DNA from: Synechococcus sp.
GTDB lineage: Bacteria; Cyanobacteriota; Cyanobacteriia; PCC-6307; Cyanobiaceae
NCBI GenBank assembly: GCA_047285805.1
Contig: JBJBCN010000003.1
Location: 96,001-160,000, forward strand
Direction of reading: 5' to 3'
DNA: 64,000 bases
Below are positions 23,504 to 35,223 of the stretch, piece by piece. A program made the translations under genes and the position numbers. The notes below the pieces were generated by a model that made no database searches, had not been told where the DNA came from, and worked only from the letters and a program-made list of their open reading frames with translations. How positions within the stretch are numbered: position 1 is the stretch's first letter; every line of letters begins with the position of its first letter.

Positions 23504-23719
23504 CTAACCACCTAGCAAAGCGTCTCTATGGATGAGTAGTTGTTCAAGAACTTCACCTAGTCGCTGTAGTTCAGGGTGCTCTGAAACGGTGGCATCGATA
23601 CGTTTTTGAGGTAGCTTAAGCTTTCTCCCCATGCTTACTACGTCCTGGTGAAGACGGTCCCGATAAGCTATTAGCTCATCGATTGAGTGCTGGAGTTCTT
23701 CAAGAGTTGGTGCGGACAT
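23504..23719 (-). CDS. Conserved small protein of the PE cluster
   Basis: IDELIAYRDRL...HPEL; between cpeB and cpeU. Confidence 0.75.
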   Translation of the reverse strand: MSAPTLEELQHSIDELIAYRDRLHQDVVSMGRKLKLPQKRIDATVSEHPELQRLGEVLEQLLIHRDALLGG

Positions 23720-24003
23720 AAAAACAAAAAACTAAGTCGATGATACCCCTGCAGATCTCGCAAGAGGGTGGTGTGAGGCAAGGTTCAGTAACAAAGGGGA
23801 GGGCACCTGTAGAGGAAGAACAGGAGCACGAAGTTCCTCGAGATGAGCTGCAGCAGAATGGGTCTCGCAATCACGGAGGGGGTCACAGCATGGTTTTCAG
23901 GTGACGAAGCGTTGCGTTAGGCAACCACTTGTGCCAGGCAGCCTCACAACAGGGTTACGGTTCAAAAGCGCTTCAAGCAGCCGAGGCCGACAACGACTCC
24001 TAG

Positions 24004-25182
<1,179 letters not shown>

Positions 25183-25224
25183 GTTTTGACCCGAAAGGGT
25201 AGAGATATTGAGAGTCAGTTCTGC

Positions 25225-25252
25225 AAGGGAGGGGGTAATACCCCTCCTTTTT
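25225..25252 (+). terminator. Intrinsic terminator after cpeA
   Basis: GGAGGGG/CCCCTCC stem followed by a T-run. Confidence 0.75.
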
Positions 25253-25330
25253 GTTGAAAAGACATGGCCGCAAAGGCAACTCCCCTATGATGGGCAGATG
25301 TAAAGTCCTCAAACGAAGTCTCGAAGACGA

Positions 25331-25942
25331 ATGCGTGATCTAATGCAAGACAGACCAGACATTGACTCTCTCTTTAAGGATCTTGAGCATCCCAATCCAC
25401 ACATACAGAGTAGGGCTTATCTGGATATGGTGGAGTACTGGCCAGAAGAATCAAAACCTAGGCTACTTAACTTACTTGACGATCCGAACGTTTCTGTCAG
25501 AAGAGCAGCCGTAAGGGGACTGGGTGCATTTGGCAGTGAAGTGATTGCTGCAATTGCAGAGAAGTTCAAAGCAAGTTGCGATGGAACAGTGCGTGCAAGC
25601 TGTGTCAAAGCATATGCTCAGATTGCTTCGAATTTCCCAGAGAATGAGTTCGAAGAAAGTGGGATGAAGACACTCCGTGAAGCGCTGAGGGATGAGTCTC
25701 CAGTTGTATCCCAGTCAGCAGTGATGGCGCTTGGGCAGGTCGGACTACAAGCATTAGATGATCTGGTAGCAGTTTTGAACGGACCAAATATTGCCCATAT
25801 CCAGTCTGCCGCAATGGCACTAGCAGAAATAGACTCTCCTAAAGCATTACAAGCATTAGAAGACAAACTAAACGAAGACAACACAGATGAACTCGTTAAA
25901 GAGATGGTTCAGTCCTCACTGGAAAGAGCTAAAAGCATCTGA
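25331..25942 (+). CDS. cpeZ: HEAT-repeat lyase accessory protein CpeZ
   Basis: LFKDLEHPNP and VRASCVKA motifs; about 200 aa; follows cpeA. Confidence 0.82.
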   Translation: MRDLMQDRPDIDSLFKDLEHPNPHIQSRAYLDMVEYWPEESKPRLLNLLDDPNVSVRRAAVRGLGAFGSEVIAAIAEKFKASCDGTVRASCVKAYAQIASNFPENEFEESGMKTLREALRDESPVVSQSAVMALGQVGLQALDDLVAVLNGPNIAHIQSAAMALAEIDSPKALQALEDKLNEDNTDELVKEMVQSSLERAKSI

Positions 25943-25963
25943 AAAGGAAGATTAGATAAGATT

Positions 25964-26860
25964 TTAACAGTCCTTTTGAAGCTGGGATATCGCGAGGCTA
26001 ATAATATTGGAGACATTAACATCAGATTCAGTCTTGAGTGCCATGTTGAGGGATTTCAAGGCATTAATGTCCCCAAGCTTCATCATGGAGAGGGCGGTAT
26101 TTTTTCGGACCTGAGATGAAGGGTCGAGGAGAAGAGGCTCAAGATTCGGCAAAAGCCAGGAACCCTCATGAAGTTTGCCAAGAAGAGTTGCGGCTTCCGC
26201 TCGAACTTCTTCGTTTGCATCAGAAAGAGCAGTTAGAACAAGTTCACGGGCTTCAATGTCATCTTGGGATTGAATCTGGTCACCTAGGGCAGATATCGCA
26301 GCAGTACGTATAAGTGCGTTGGGATCAGTCGCCGCGGCTTTAAGTGCTTCTGGTGCACGGGCTCCGACGAAGGATAGTCCCCAGGAAGCCAGGCCACTCT
26401 GCATGGGGGAACTACATGGATCGACAATGATCTGCAAAAGGCCTGCTACAGCAGGAGAACCAATTGATGCCATGGCGCCTACTGCGGAGCCCTGAACTAC
26501 GGGGTCGTCGTCATTAATAAGTGCTTGCAATAGGCTTGGGAGGGCAGTCTCAGAGGAAATAAGTGTAAGTGTTTTAGCAGCGGCTCTACGAACAGTGACA
26601 TTGTTATGTGTACACATCGCCTGACACAATGCGGGGACAGCCTCTATTCCAATAGTGCCTAGACTTTCAGCAAATGTGAGTCTAAGCAAACCACGAGGGT
26701 CTCCCAGACCTGCGACCATCTTCTCAATTGCCGCCTTGTCAGACTGAGGTGACTGCCCAGAACGTAAAAGAGTCTTGAGTTCGGTGGCAAGGTTGGTAGC
26801 CTCCTCCTCTGTGAGGGAAAGGCTATCGAGATTGCCACTAGTCAAAGGTGAGGGGTTCAC
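25964..26860 (-). CDS. HEAT-repeat bilin lyase of the CpeF/MpeV group (beta Cys50/61)
   Basis: MVAGLGDPRGLLRLTFAESLG, VTVRRAAAKTL and DPVVQGSAVGAMA motifs; lyase versus lyase-isomerase not resolved by eye. Confidence 0.8.
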   Translation of the reverse strand: MNPSPLTSGNLDSLSLTEEEATNLATELKTLLRSGQSPQSDKAAIEKMVAGLGDPRGLLRLTFAESLGTIGIEAVPALCQAMCTHNNVTVRRAAAKTLTLISSETALPSLLQALINDDDPVVQGSAVGAMASIGSPAVAGLLQIIVDPCSSPMQSGLASWGLSFVGARAPEALKAAATDPNALIRTAAISALGDQIQSQDDIEARELVLTALSDANEEVRAEAATLLGKLHEGSWLLPNLEPLLLDPSSQVRKNTALSMMKLGDINALKSLNMALKTESDVNVSNIISLAISQLQKDC

Positions 26861-27356
26861 GGGGAACTAAATGAAGAAATCGTCAGAGAGTGGACGGGAA
26901 CTTTCGCAAAGAGTGTCGAGATGGTTGGATATTAAAGCTCTTATTATCACACAAGCTGGACCTTAAGAATCCAGAGGTGTCAGTAATGTATTTATACTGC
27001 CAGGGAAAAGGTGAAATCGATTAGGGAGTTATTTTCACCAAGAATGCTGAGTCGATTGTTAAGTGAAAAAGTCGATAATTAACCGGGCAAACAGACATAT
27101 CAACTGGTAGTAGCTGGAGTTAAGGCTTGAAGGTCCGAATAAGTTATGGGTTGGAAAATAACATGAACGAATTTACCAGGGAAGGAGGAAGAATAAGGAG
27201 GGGGATTTGAGGTTACTGTCAGCAAATGCGCATGGGATATTGAGCTTATTGAGAGATAGCACTTAACACAAAGATCTTGTTGAATTAGACTGGTAGAACT
27301 TATAAAGCTGAAAGAGACCGATAGCGTTTCTAGTAGTTTCGTTCGAAATTAATGAT

Positions 27357-27683
27357 TTATTTTTTGGAGCGTCTGGCAGATGCCTTCTTTGCTTCTGGTT
27401 TGGCCGCAGTCTTGGTGGCACGACGAGCGGATGGCTTCTTTTTAGGAGCTACTTCTTGGAAAGTACTAGGCTGAGAAGAGGTGAGAGCTGGTCCACAATA
27501 GGTAGAATCAAAGGTGACGGATGAAACAGCTATTCCTCGGATATGCATGGAGTGCATCGTTCGAGAAAGATGCTGTAGGGGAATACGAATGTTTCGAGGG
27601 GTTGAGGGCCTGGTACCCAACTCAACACCGCAGGATATAGATACAGAGGAGCTGAGGAATGGTCCCATGATCCAAGTGGACAT
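27357..27683 (-). CDS. Small PE-cluster protein with a CpcD-like segment and Lys/Ala-rich tail
   Basis: IRIPLQHLSRTMHSMHIRGIAVSSV resembles the linker C-terminal domain; basic tail. Confidence 0.6.
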   Translation of the reverse strand: MSTWIMGPFLSSSVSISCGVELGTRPSTPRNIRIPLQHLSRTMHSMHIRGIAVSSVTFDSTYCGPALTSSQPSTFQEVAPKKKPSARRATKTAAKPEAKKASARRSKK

Positions 27684-27800
27684 TATTCATTGCAATGATG
27701 CCTTGAACATAAGGAAATGCAAGGACAAGGAAACATAACGTACCAAGAGGAACACGCGGCGTGTGATCTGTTGTTAAGATAGAATGGTATTCGACAGATC

Positions 27801-29117
27801 ATGAGCAAGATATACGACAACATCCACCAAGGGCTCAGCAAAGATGAGGCAATCAATATACTAAAGACTCCTAGCAAAGAACTCGGATCTCAGAGTGATG
27901 CGTATATGGCGGCGGCACATTTAATTAATTTCCCTGGAGATGACACAAAGAAAGCTCTTCTAGACCTAATAAGAAGTAAAGAAGATAGTCAAGCGAAGAA
28001 CATAGCCAGAAGAAAAGCCGTCGAAGTCATAGGGCGACTTGGACATAAAGATCTAATCGATGATATAGGCCGATGCCTTGTAAGCAATGATACATATCTG
28101 GTTGAGAACGCTGCAATTGCGCTTGGCGAGCTGGGCTGCACCAATATGGCTTGGATTGATCTAATTATTCAAATGTTAGAAAACGGAGAAAAGTCGAACA
28201 CAAGGGCATTAATCCAAACTCTCTCGAGGCTGAAGGTAGTGAAAGCACTACCAGCCATCTCAGCTCACCTTCAATCGGAAGCAGCCTCTACCAGAGGCGC
28301 GGCCGCAAGTGCATGCATAGCTCTCGGAGGAGAAGATGACAGGATCACAATTTTAGAAGAGAATCTATTTTCACAAAATCAAATGGACAGGCATTGTGCC
28401 ATTCAGGACATTATTGACGCGAATGTTTCATCTCTAGCGAAAAGAATACTCAAGGCTCCCGTGTCTCCGATATTCAGGATGCGAGCATTAAGGAAACTGA
28501 AGACAGGGACCACCAAGGATATGACGACGAAGGAGCTCTTAATGGACATTGACAGTTTAATAGTTGACGACCCTAACAACATAGAGATAGTCCATAGATA
28601 CGATGGCCGTCCAACCAATGAATTCCTTGTTCAAGAGTTTTTTGGTACGGACTTTAGTCGCGGCTACTTATCAATGAAGACTCTTCTGGAAACGGATATG
28701 GATAGCTATGTAGATACATTGGAGAAAAGATGGCTTGGGGAAGCAGACAATGACTATGGGGCCAATTATTTCATAATGCGCCTGATAAGTCTTGCTGACA
28801 AATGGCCAGAGACCAAGGTTGCATGGCTAGAGAAAATCACATCAAAAGCAATTCATAACTTAAGACCACAGTTCTCTAAGTCAAGAGCACCAGCGATACT
28901 TGCAAGGAGAAATAGAGAATGGATTGAGAGATTAGAGGAATTAGGAGATATCACAGATTCAACTAAGACAGGCGCATGGGAATGTAGATATGCAGGTATA
29001 CTTGTCGCTCAAAGGTTGGGACAAACAACAGGTATCAAGGAGATCTTATTGAATGCGACAACGGACAAAGATCCATGGGTCGCAAAGAGAGCGAAGTTGA
29101 TCCTTGATGAAAGATAA
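27801..29117 (+). CDS. cpeY: PEB lyase CpeY (PE-I alpha Cys82)
   Basis: YDNIH, YMAAAHL, ARRKAVEVIGRLG, PVSPIFRMRA and NDYGANYF motifs; 438 aa. Confidence 0.85.
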   Translation: MSKIYDNIHQGLSKDEAINILKTPSKELGSQSDAYMAAAHLINFPGDDTKKALLDLIRSKEDSQAKNIARRKAVEVIGRLGHKDLIDDIGRCLVSNDTYLVENAAIALGELGCTNMAWIDLIIQMLENGEKSNTRALIQTLSRLKVVKALPAISAHLQSEAASTRGAAASACIALGGEDDRITILEENLFSQNQMDRHCAIQDIIDANVSSLAKRILKAPVSPIFRMRALRKLKTGTTKDMTTKELLMDIDSLIVDDPNNIEIVHRYDGRPTNEFLVQEFFGTDFSRGYLSMKTLLETDMDSYVDTLEKRWLGEADNDYGANYFIMRLISLADKWPETKVAWLEKITSKAIHNLRPQFSKSRAPAILARRNREWIERLEELGDITDSTKTGAWECRYAGILVAQRLGQTTGIKEILLNATTDKDPWVAKRAKLILDER

Positions 29118-29143
29118 AAAAAAGGGCGGCTTTCGCCGCCCTT
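29116..29143 (-). terminator. Intrinsic terminator after mpeA, between convergent cpeY and mpeA
   Basis: AAGGGCGGC-TTTC-GCCGCCCTT stem with an A-run on the + strand. Confidence 0.8.
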
Positions 29144-29176
29144 GTAATTGGTGTTCAGCAATCGCAAGAGTGCTGA

Positions 29177-29707
<531 letters not shown>

Positions 29708-29717
29708 TCAGAGGTAC

Positions 29718-30299
<582 letters not shown>

Positions 30300-30391
30300 T
30301 CACGGACGAACCGTAAAACGATTGGTCGTCAGGGGATTTTTTCCTGCGGCTATCTCAATAGAAATTTGCATGAGAGATCCTTTAGAAAAGG

Positions 30392-31604
30392 CTAAGGGGC
30401 CGTTTGATGGCGCAGATCCAAGTCCCTGAGTACGATTTGAAGATTCGAGGCAAGAGGCTGCCAAGGTGGCGAGTCATCTAACGCCTTGAGAGGGCACCCT
30501 GTCACGAAGGATCAAAGCGTGGCAGGACCAGGTAGCAACGACTCTCGATCTCGCATCCTGGGGGCCCTCTGCGTCCAGTGGCTCAATAAGGAGGGCGGAA
30601 GTTGGTGGAGGTGAAGGCGTCCAACGATGAGGGTTAGGAGGTAGTGAACCCCATAGTCCGAGCCCAACTTTGCCTTGATGGCAGAGATCAGAGAGAGTTG
30701 GTCGGGGAGTGGAAGCTCCGTTAATGCAAGGGCTCCCGAGGATTGGTGAACCACATCACGATGTTGGAGTGCGCGGGAAATCTCGGTCTCTGTCGACGAG
30801 ACGGCCTGCAAAGGGTCCTTGCTCTGGATGAGTGGGTCGTCCTCAAGAATTGCCTGAAGAAGACAAGTGGTTTCTCTGTCGGAGAGGTCAGGAGATACGG
30901 CAACGATCTGAAAAGCGCTTTTGGACCGAAGTGGCATCGGCACCGCAAAGGAAACAAAAATGGACAATGCACGTATGTCACCAGTGGATACACAGTCGAG
31001 TACCGCAGCTCAACGGTGGCCCGGGGTTGAAGAACCAAGTAGCTAGGCAAAAAGGCAAGGCTAGATCGCCTGTCAGAGTTTTTTTAGTGAATAGGCGTGT
31101 GCTGCCCAAGCCACCAAGAGGTTCGAATGACTAACACGTTGGCTTATGATGCATGTGGAATCTTGGAAATCCATCAGGGTAAATGGCTGTAACACAGCTA
31201 TTTACTGGTTGTCAGGGCCTAAAGCAACCTTAATCAAAGCCGCGAGTTCGGAACGACTTAATATCGGTTGTATGCAAGCGAGAGCATCAACTGCATTAAC
31301 AACTGAAAGTTCATTATCACCTAAAAGGACATCAATAAGTGTCGGTAAAGATTCGGTTGACTTCCTAAGACCTAAGGCCTCTATCGGTTTGCGTTTAGTA
31401 ATCTTATGAATCAAGTTATCTAGCTTCGTGGAAACCATTAGCATTAATAGCGACCAGAGCTTCGGAGGAAGAAGCAGCGCCAAGCCTGGAAGCAGCAAAA
31501 TAATAAGTACCAGGGTTCGGTAGTTCTGCAGGCTCCGTGCGAAGAATGTCGACGGCGTCTGTCTCGCTACGACCAGGCGATAGCGAATCGAAACGCTCAG
31601 ACAC
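30392..31604 (-). pseudogene. mpeY: Decayed mpeY-family PE-II lyase gene
   Basis: Colinear fragments MSERFD..YFAASRLGA / ITKRKPIEALG / LRSKSAFQI / LQHRD / SDYGVHY / SRVVATWSC, broken by five in-frame stops and about three frameshifts; directly upstream of mpeB. Confidence 0.88.
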
Positions 31605-31720
31605 TGGGAAACTAAGCTAGAAAAAGATAAAACTCATCTGACACAAGCTGGTTGCGGGAGGAAAGCGATAGACACAGAGGCATACAATTAGGCTAGAATA
31701 CCCTTAACAGCTTCAAGAAG

Positions 31721-32029
31721 ATGAAATCCGACGGCACAGAAGCGAGGTCTGAGCTGATGCTTTTTCTGGAACGCAACCTTGATAGCGGGGCTTTACATGA
31801 AGTACAGGAACAAAAAGAACTAGACAGACTGGTGGAGAGCGTTAGCGCTGATATTGCCAGTGCACTGATACCACTAGAACAAGCGACAAGGACACCAAAG
31901 ATTCTTTTGGAATCAGGGATTTCAAAAAGTGGGATAAAGTGGAGGCTAGTAAAATGCCCAGGAGGTCCGGTCGTCATGCAATTAGTTTGCGACCGAGCCA
32001 ACATTGCATTGTGGATCAAGGAGTGCTAA
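31721..32029 (+). CDS. Conserved PE-II region protein (Unk9-type)
   Basis: IPLEQA and WRLVKCPGGPVVMQLVC motifs; divergent from mpeY. Confidence 0.75.
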   Translation: MKSDGTEARSELMLFLERNLDSGALHEVQEQKELDRLVESVSADIASALIPLEQATRTPKILLESGISKSGIKWRLVKCPGGPVVMQLVCDRANIALWIKEC

Positions 32030-32032
32030 TCA

Positions 32033-32614
32033 ATGACAAGCATAATCGTTGATTTCTTGAATGAGGTGGCCTCAGATCATGGGTTGGCCACAGGGCTCAA
32101 GAGACTTAAATCTCACTACGAGATAGTGCAATATGCCAATGAGTCAGGATATAGAATGTCACTTCAAGAATGGGCAAAGTATCATATACAAGAATGGTCA
32201 AATAGTGAAGATCATGAATTAGATGCCATATTTAGGTGCGAAGAAACTCACTGGAGCTGGGCGTTCAGGCAAAATTCAACCTGGAGGAAGCTCCTCATAG
32301 GTGGCTCTGTTACTGACGGAATGCGCCAGGATTTCAATATTATAGCAGGGAATGCCGAAAAGAGGCAGGTTGATACAGACATAAGCAAGCAAAAAGATGA
32401 CACAAATACAGACCGCGTGCTCGATCTGTTCATCATTGAAATAAGCAGAAGCGAAGAGTTGAAGAAGAAGATTAAGAGTTGCCGGAATCAAGATGAAGTG
32501 ATTGACATCGCCAGAGATTATGGTTTCGAGATTGACTCAATGTCAATCTTGAAGAAGTGGAGCAGAGTAACTGACTTTACTAAGCCCACATGGTTCGGAT
32601 GGTTCAAAGAATAG
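32033..32614 (+). CDS. Tandem Nif11-like domain protein (Unk8/7-type)
   Basis: Two FL..V..D..L...L-type repeats; HWSWAFRQ and DFTKPTWFGWF motifs. Confidence 0.75.
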   Translation: MTSIIVDFLNEVASDHGLATGLKRLKSHYEIVQYANESGYRMSLQEWAKYHIQEWSNSEDHELDAIFRCEETHWSWAFRQNSTWRKLLIGGSVTDGMRQDFNIIAGNAEKRQVDTDISKQKDDTNTDRVLDLFIIEISRSEELKKKIKSCRNQDEVIDIARDYGFEIDSMSILKKWSRVTDFTKPTWFGWFKE

Positions 32615-32622
32615 TGCGGGAC

Positions 32623-32949
32623 TTAGCTACTGATCTCTGCATAACGGGAAGTTTTACTACCCCGCTTTGCCCAATAGGTCACTATTGACTCTCCTCCAGG
32701 ACGTGGCACTGATGCAGTTGCACGAAGAATCTTGAATGTTCGTCTCGGCCCCATAGGCCAGTTGCCTACTGCAGATACCTTTCGGATGTCCCCACCCAAC
32801 GCCTCAATATATTGTTCGAACTTTTCGAGCTGTGTTTGGTCGACAGTTTCGAAAACAAAATCAGTTCCTTTACAGATTAGGTGTTGAGATCGAATCCAGG
32901 CTTTAAGTTGCTTTAGGGCGTCATCTTCAACCATTGCAAGTAAAAGCAA
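32623..32949 (-). CDS. cpeR: Phycoerythrin regulator CpeR
   Basis: WIRSQHLIC, FVFETVD and YWAKRGS motifs. Confidence 0.88.
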   Translation of the reverse strand: MLLLAMVEDDALKQLKAWIRSQHLICKGTDFVFETVDQTQLEKFEQYIEALGGDIRKVSAVGNWPMGPRRTFKILRATASVPRPGGESIVTYWAKRGSKTSRYAEISS

Positions 32950-32973
32950 ATAGGTGCTCTAGGATAGAGGTCT

Positions 32974-33591
32974 CTAATAGGTAAACCAAGATTTGTCTAT
33001 TTGATCTGAATAGGAAGTCACTCTGTCAAAACAGAGATGACCATGCTCTGATCCCCACACCTGAGTATTAGTAGTTGGGTCATATCCTCTATCACGACTT
33101 GTCCATGACGATTCGTCAACTAGAACCTCACTAACAAGATAGGTTAGTTGTCCATTACGAGGTACAATACAGTTGTGACCAGGTTCAACCTCTCCTTGAT
33201 ATCTGCCAGGTTCAGTCTCATAAAAGTGCATTGCACACCCGCAACGTTCTTGCAAAAGGGTTGGTTTTATTCCCTTTAAGAGTTCCGGCATTTGACCAGC
33301 ACCGGCAAGGCGAAGTGGATCCGCAATACCATAGTTTTCAACAATGAATGGTCCATCAGTTGATGGCAGTAGTTTATGGAGTCCTTGTCTGTAAGGGCGC
33401 CATGCATCATGATCGTAACTCTGCTCAGAATAAAAACCAGGAGCACCTAGAACTTGCGGAGAAAGAGGCAAGAAATAGATATTAATATGCGCATAGTCTT
33501 TAGGATTATCAAATGCTTGACGTTTATTTGAATAGTGACCAGAAAGGGTTCTGGCAAACCTAATATGTTTATCAATATATGGTTCAAGCAT
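32974..33591 (-). CDS. cpeT: T-type phycobilin lyase CpeT
   Basis: GHYSNKRQA, YSEQSYD, PYRQ, SRDRGYD and WGS motifs. Confidence 0.88.
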   Translation of the reverse strand: MLEPYIDKHIRFARTLSGHYSNKRQAFDNPKDYAHINIYFLPLSPQVLGAPGFYSEQSYDHDAWRPYRQGLHKLLPSTDGPFIVENYGIADPLRLAGAGQMPELLKGIKPTLLQERCGCAMHFYETEPGRYQGEVEPGHNCIVPRNGQLTYLVSEVLVDESSWTSRDRGYDPTTNTQVWGSEHGHLCFDRVTSYSDQIDKSWFTY

Positions 33592-33599
33592 ATTTGTTG

Positions 33600-34133
33600 T
33601 TAAACGTTGAGACGTCTGACTTCTGAGGAGAATGATGCTTGGAGTATTCCATTTCCTTCAGAGGTCTTTAAGACTGATGAGCGACAGCGAACATTGTCTG
33701 ACACAAACCAGATTCGCTCCTCAGCAATAGATTGTTCATAGCGAGTAGACAGGACGAAGGTACCATCATCTAGAAAGGTATAGGTTGATTCAGCATGGGT
33801 CTTTTCAGCATAACCAACACTTCGAAGAAGGATACCAGAAGTAGCATTTTGTGCGATAGGCACTAAAATGCAAGAACCAGAAGAGACCTCAGATGGGTCA
33901 TCAGGCTCCCAGTCGCTATCAGCCGCCCAAGTCATAGCGAATGGTGAGACACAAGAAGTATTTTCAAAGCTTGAGATATTAACAAGTTCCAAGACATCGG
34001 GCGAGGAGATGCTTAGAGCAGAAATCTCGATCTCACTAAGTACATCCTCAAACTGCTGAAAGGCTAAAGAGTGGCCGGATCGCATCGATCTCCACTTGCC
34101 AATACTCTGAGCAACGAATCGCTCGATATTCAT
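33600..34133 (-). CDS. cpeS: S-type phycobilin lyase CpeS
   Basis: GKWRSMRSGHSLAF, LLRSVGYAE and EERIWF motifs. Confidence 0.88.
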   Translation of the reverse strand: MNIERFVAQSIGKWRSMRSGHSLAFQQFEDVLSEIEISALSISSPDVLELVNISSFENTSCVSPFAMTWAADSDWEPDDPSEVSSGSCILVPIAQNATSGILLRSVGYAEKTHAESTYTFLDDGTFVLSTRYEQSIAEERIWFVSDNVRCRSSVLKTSEGNGILQASFSSEVRRLNV

Positions 34134-34340
34134 GGTGACGGAATTTTATGCTAAGTAGAATACTTTTTGCTAATACGTGAATTGTTGTGGACCATATGTA
34201 CCATTGACTCGATCATGAGAGCCATGGCAACTGGAGGATTGGTTGACAGGCCATGCTTAGAGGACTGATTTTGATCAGGTGCATCCCTGGGAGGACGGTA
34301 GATAGGCATTACTTCAGGCGTGTCAAGCTAGGAGAAAGGG

Positions 34341-34373
34341 ACAGCTGTCCTATTGTGAACTTAGGACAGCTGT
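34341..34373 (-). terminator. Stem-loop downstream of cpeE
   Basis: ACAGCTGTCCTA-N9-TAGGACAGCTGT perfect 12-bp inverted repeat; weak U-tail. Confidence 0.55.
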
Positions 34374-34413
34374 TGGCTCAAAAAGAGCATCTGCGGAGAA
34401 AGAGTATTAAAGC

Positions 34414-35142
34414 TTAGGAGCCCGCAATGGTCAAAATACGACCTCCTTGTGACTGGATACTCCTGATAGTGCTAGAAAGGGAAGCATAACTTACGACTGA
34501 ACGCTGAGAGGACTTACGAGACGTGCCAATTTGGCGCATGGAAGTCCAAAGAATCGTATACGAGTTAGACCCACCTACAACTTTTCGTGATCCAGCCGCA
34601 GTCGGATTGGTTGTTGAAGCAACACTAGTCTGGAGCACAGACCGCCCCGATGCATCAAAACCTGCAAAACCTGAGTTCAGTGCAAAGGTTCTCTGGTAAG
34701 CAAGTGTTGAGGAAGCAGTAATTGATGTGTTTGAACGTGTATAGGGGACTTGATCAATACCAAAAGATTCAAGATATTCGTCACTGTAGGTATAACTTGC
34801 GATTTCAGACTCAAAACCCTCGTTCGCTAAGCGCATGACATGGTCAGATACTTCAGACTGATCACGAGGGGGACGACCAAGGAAGTGCTTAAAGTTGAGC
34901 TCTACGAAACGGTAGGGGCTATTGGTATGCAGAAAGAGTCTTTTGTAGGTTTCAGATTGACCGAGCGCAGTAATCAGACCTTGAATGGTGAGGTCACCAT
35001 TTATGAAAAGAGCTTCAACAGATGGGCAAACATCAAGCTCCATGAGGTGACGGTTCCCAAAAACCTGCTTGTAGGCTGCCAAGATGATCTCTTTGGCCTG
35101 AGTTAGATCTTGGTTGGCTTGGGATTTGAGAGTGATTGTCAT
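34414..35142 (-). CDS. cpeE: PE-associated rod linker CpeE
   Basis: YKQVFGNRHLME and NFKHFLGRPP motifs; C-terminal CpcD-like domain; start at ATG 35142. Confidence 0.85.
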   Translation of the reverse strand: MTITLKSQANQDLTQAKEIILAAYKQVFGNRHLMELDVCPSVEALFINGDLTIQGLITALGQSETYKRLFLHTNSPYRFVELNFKHFLGRPPRDQSEVSDHVMRLANEGFESEIASYTYSDEYLESFGIDQVPYTRSNTSITASSTLAYQRTFALNSGFAGFDASGRSVLQTSVASTTNPTAAGSRKVVGGSNSYTILWTSMRQIGTSRKSSQRSVVSYASLSSTIRSIQSQGGRILTIAGS

Positions 35143-35223
35143 CGAAAAGTTTGGGAAGGTGGGGAACAAGCCTGGTGGCAGACCAAACAAAATACTTAAT
35201 CTGATTTAGATTAGGTATTTTGA

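Noticed and set aside
30512..31604. Four separate short minus-strand ORFs upstream of mpeB as independent genes
   Set aside because: Three are colinear pieces of one mpeY pseudogene, and 30721-31050 is an off-frame shadow
32033..32614. Nif11-type RiPP precursor cluster
   Set aside because: No Gly-Gly cleavage site with core peptide, and no LanM, radical SAM enzyme or peptidase-ABC transporter nearby
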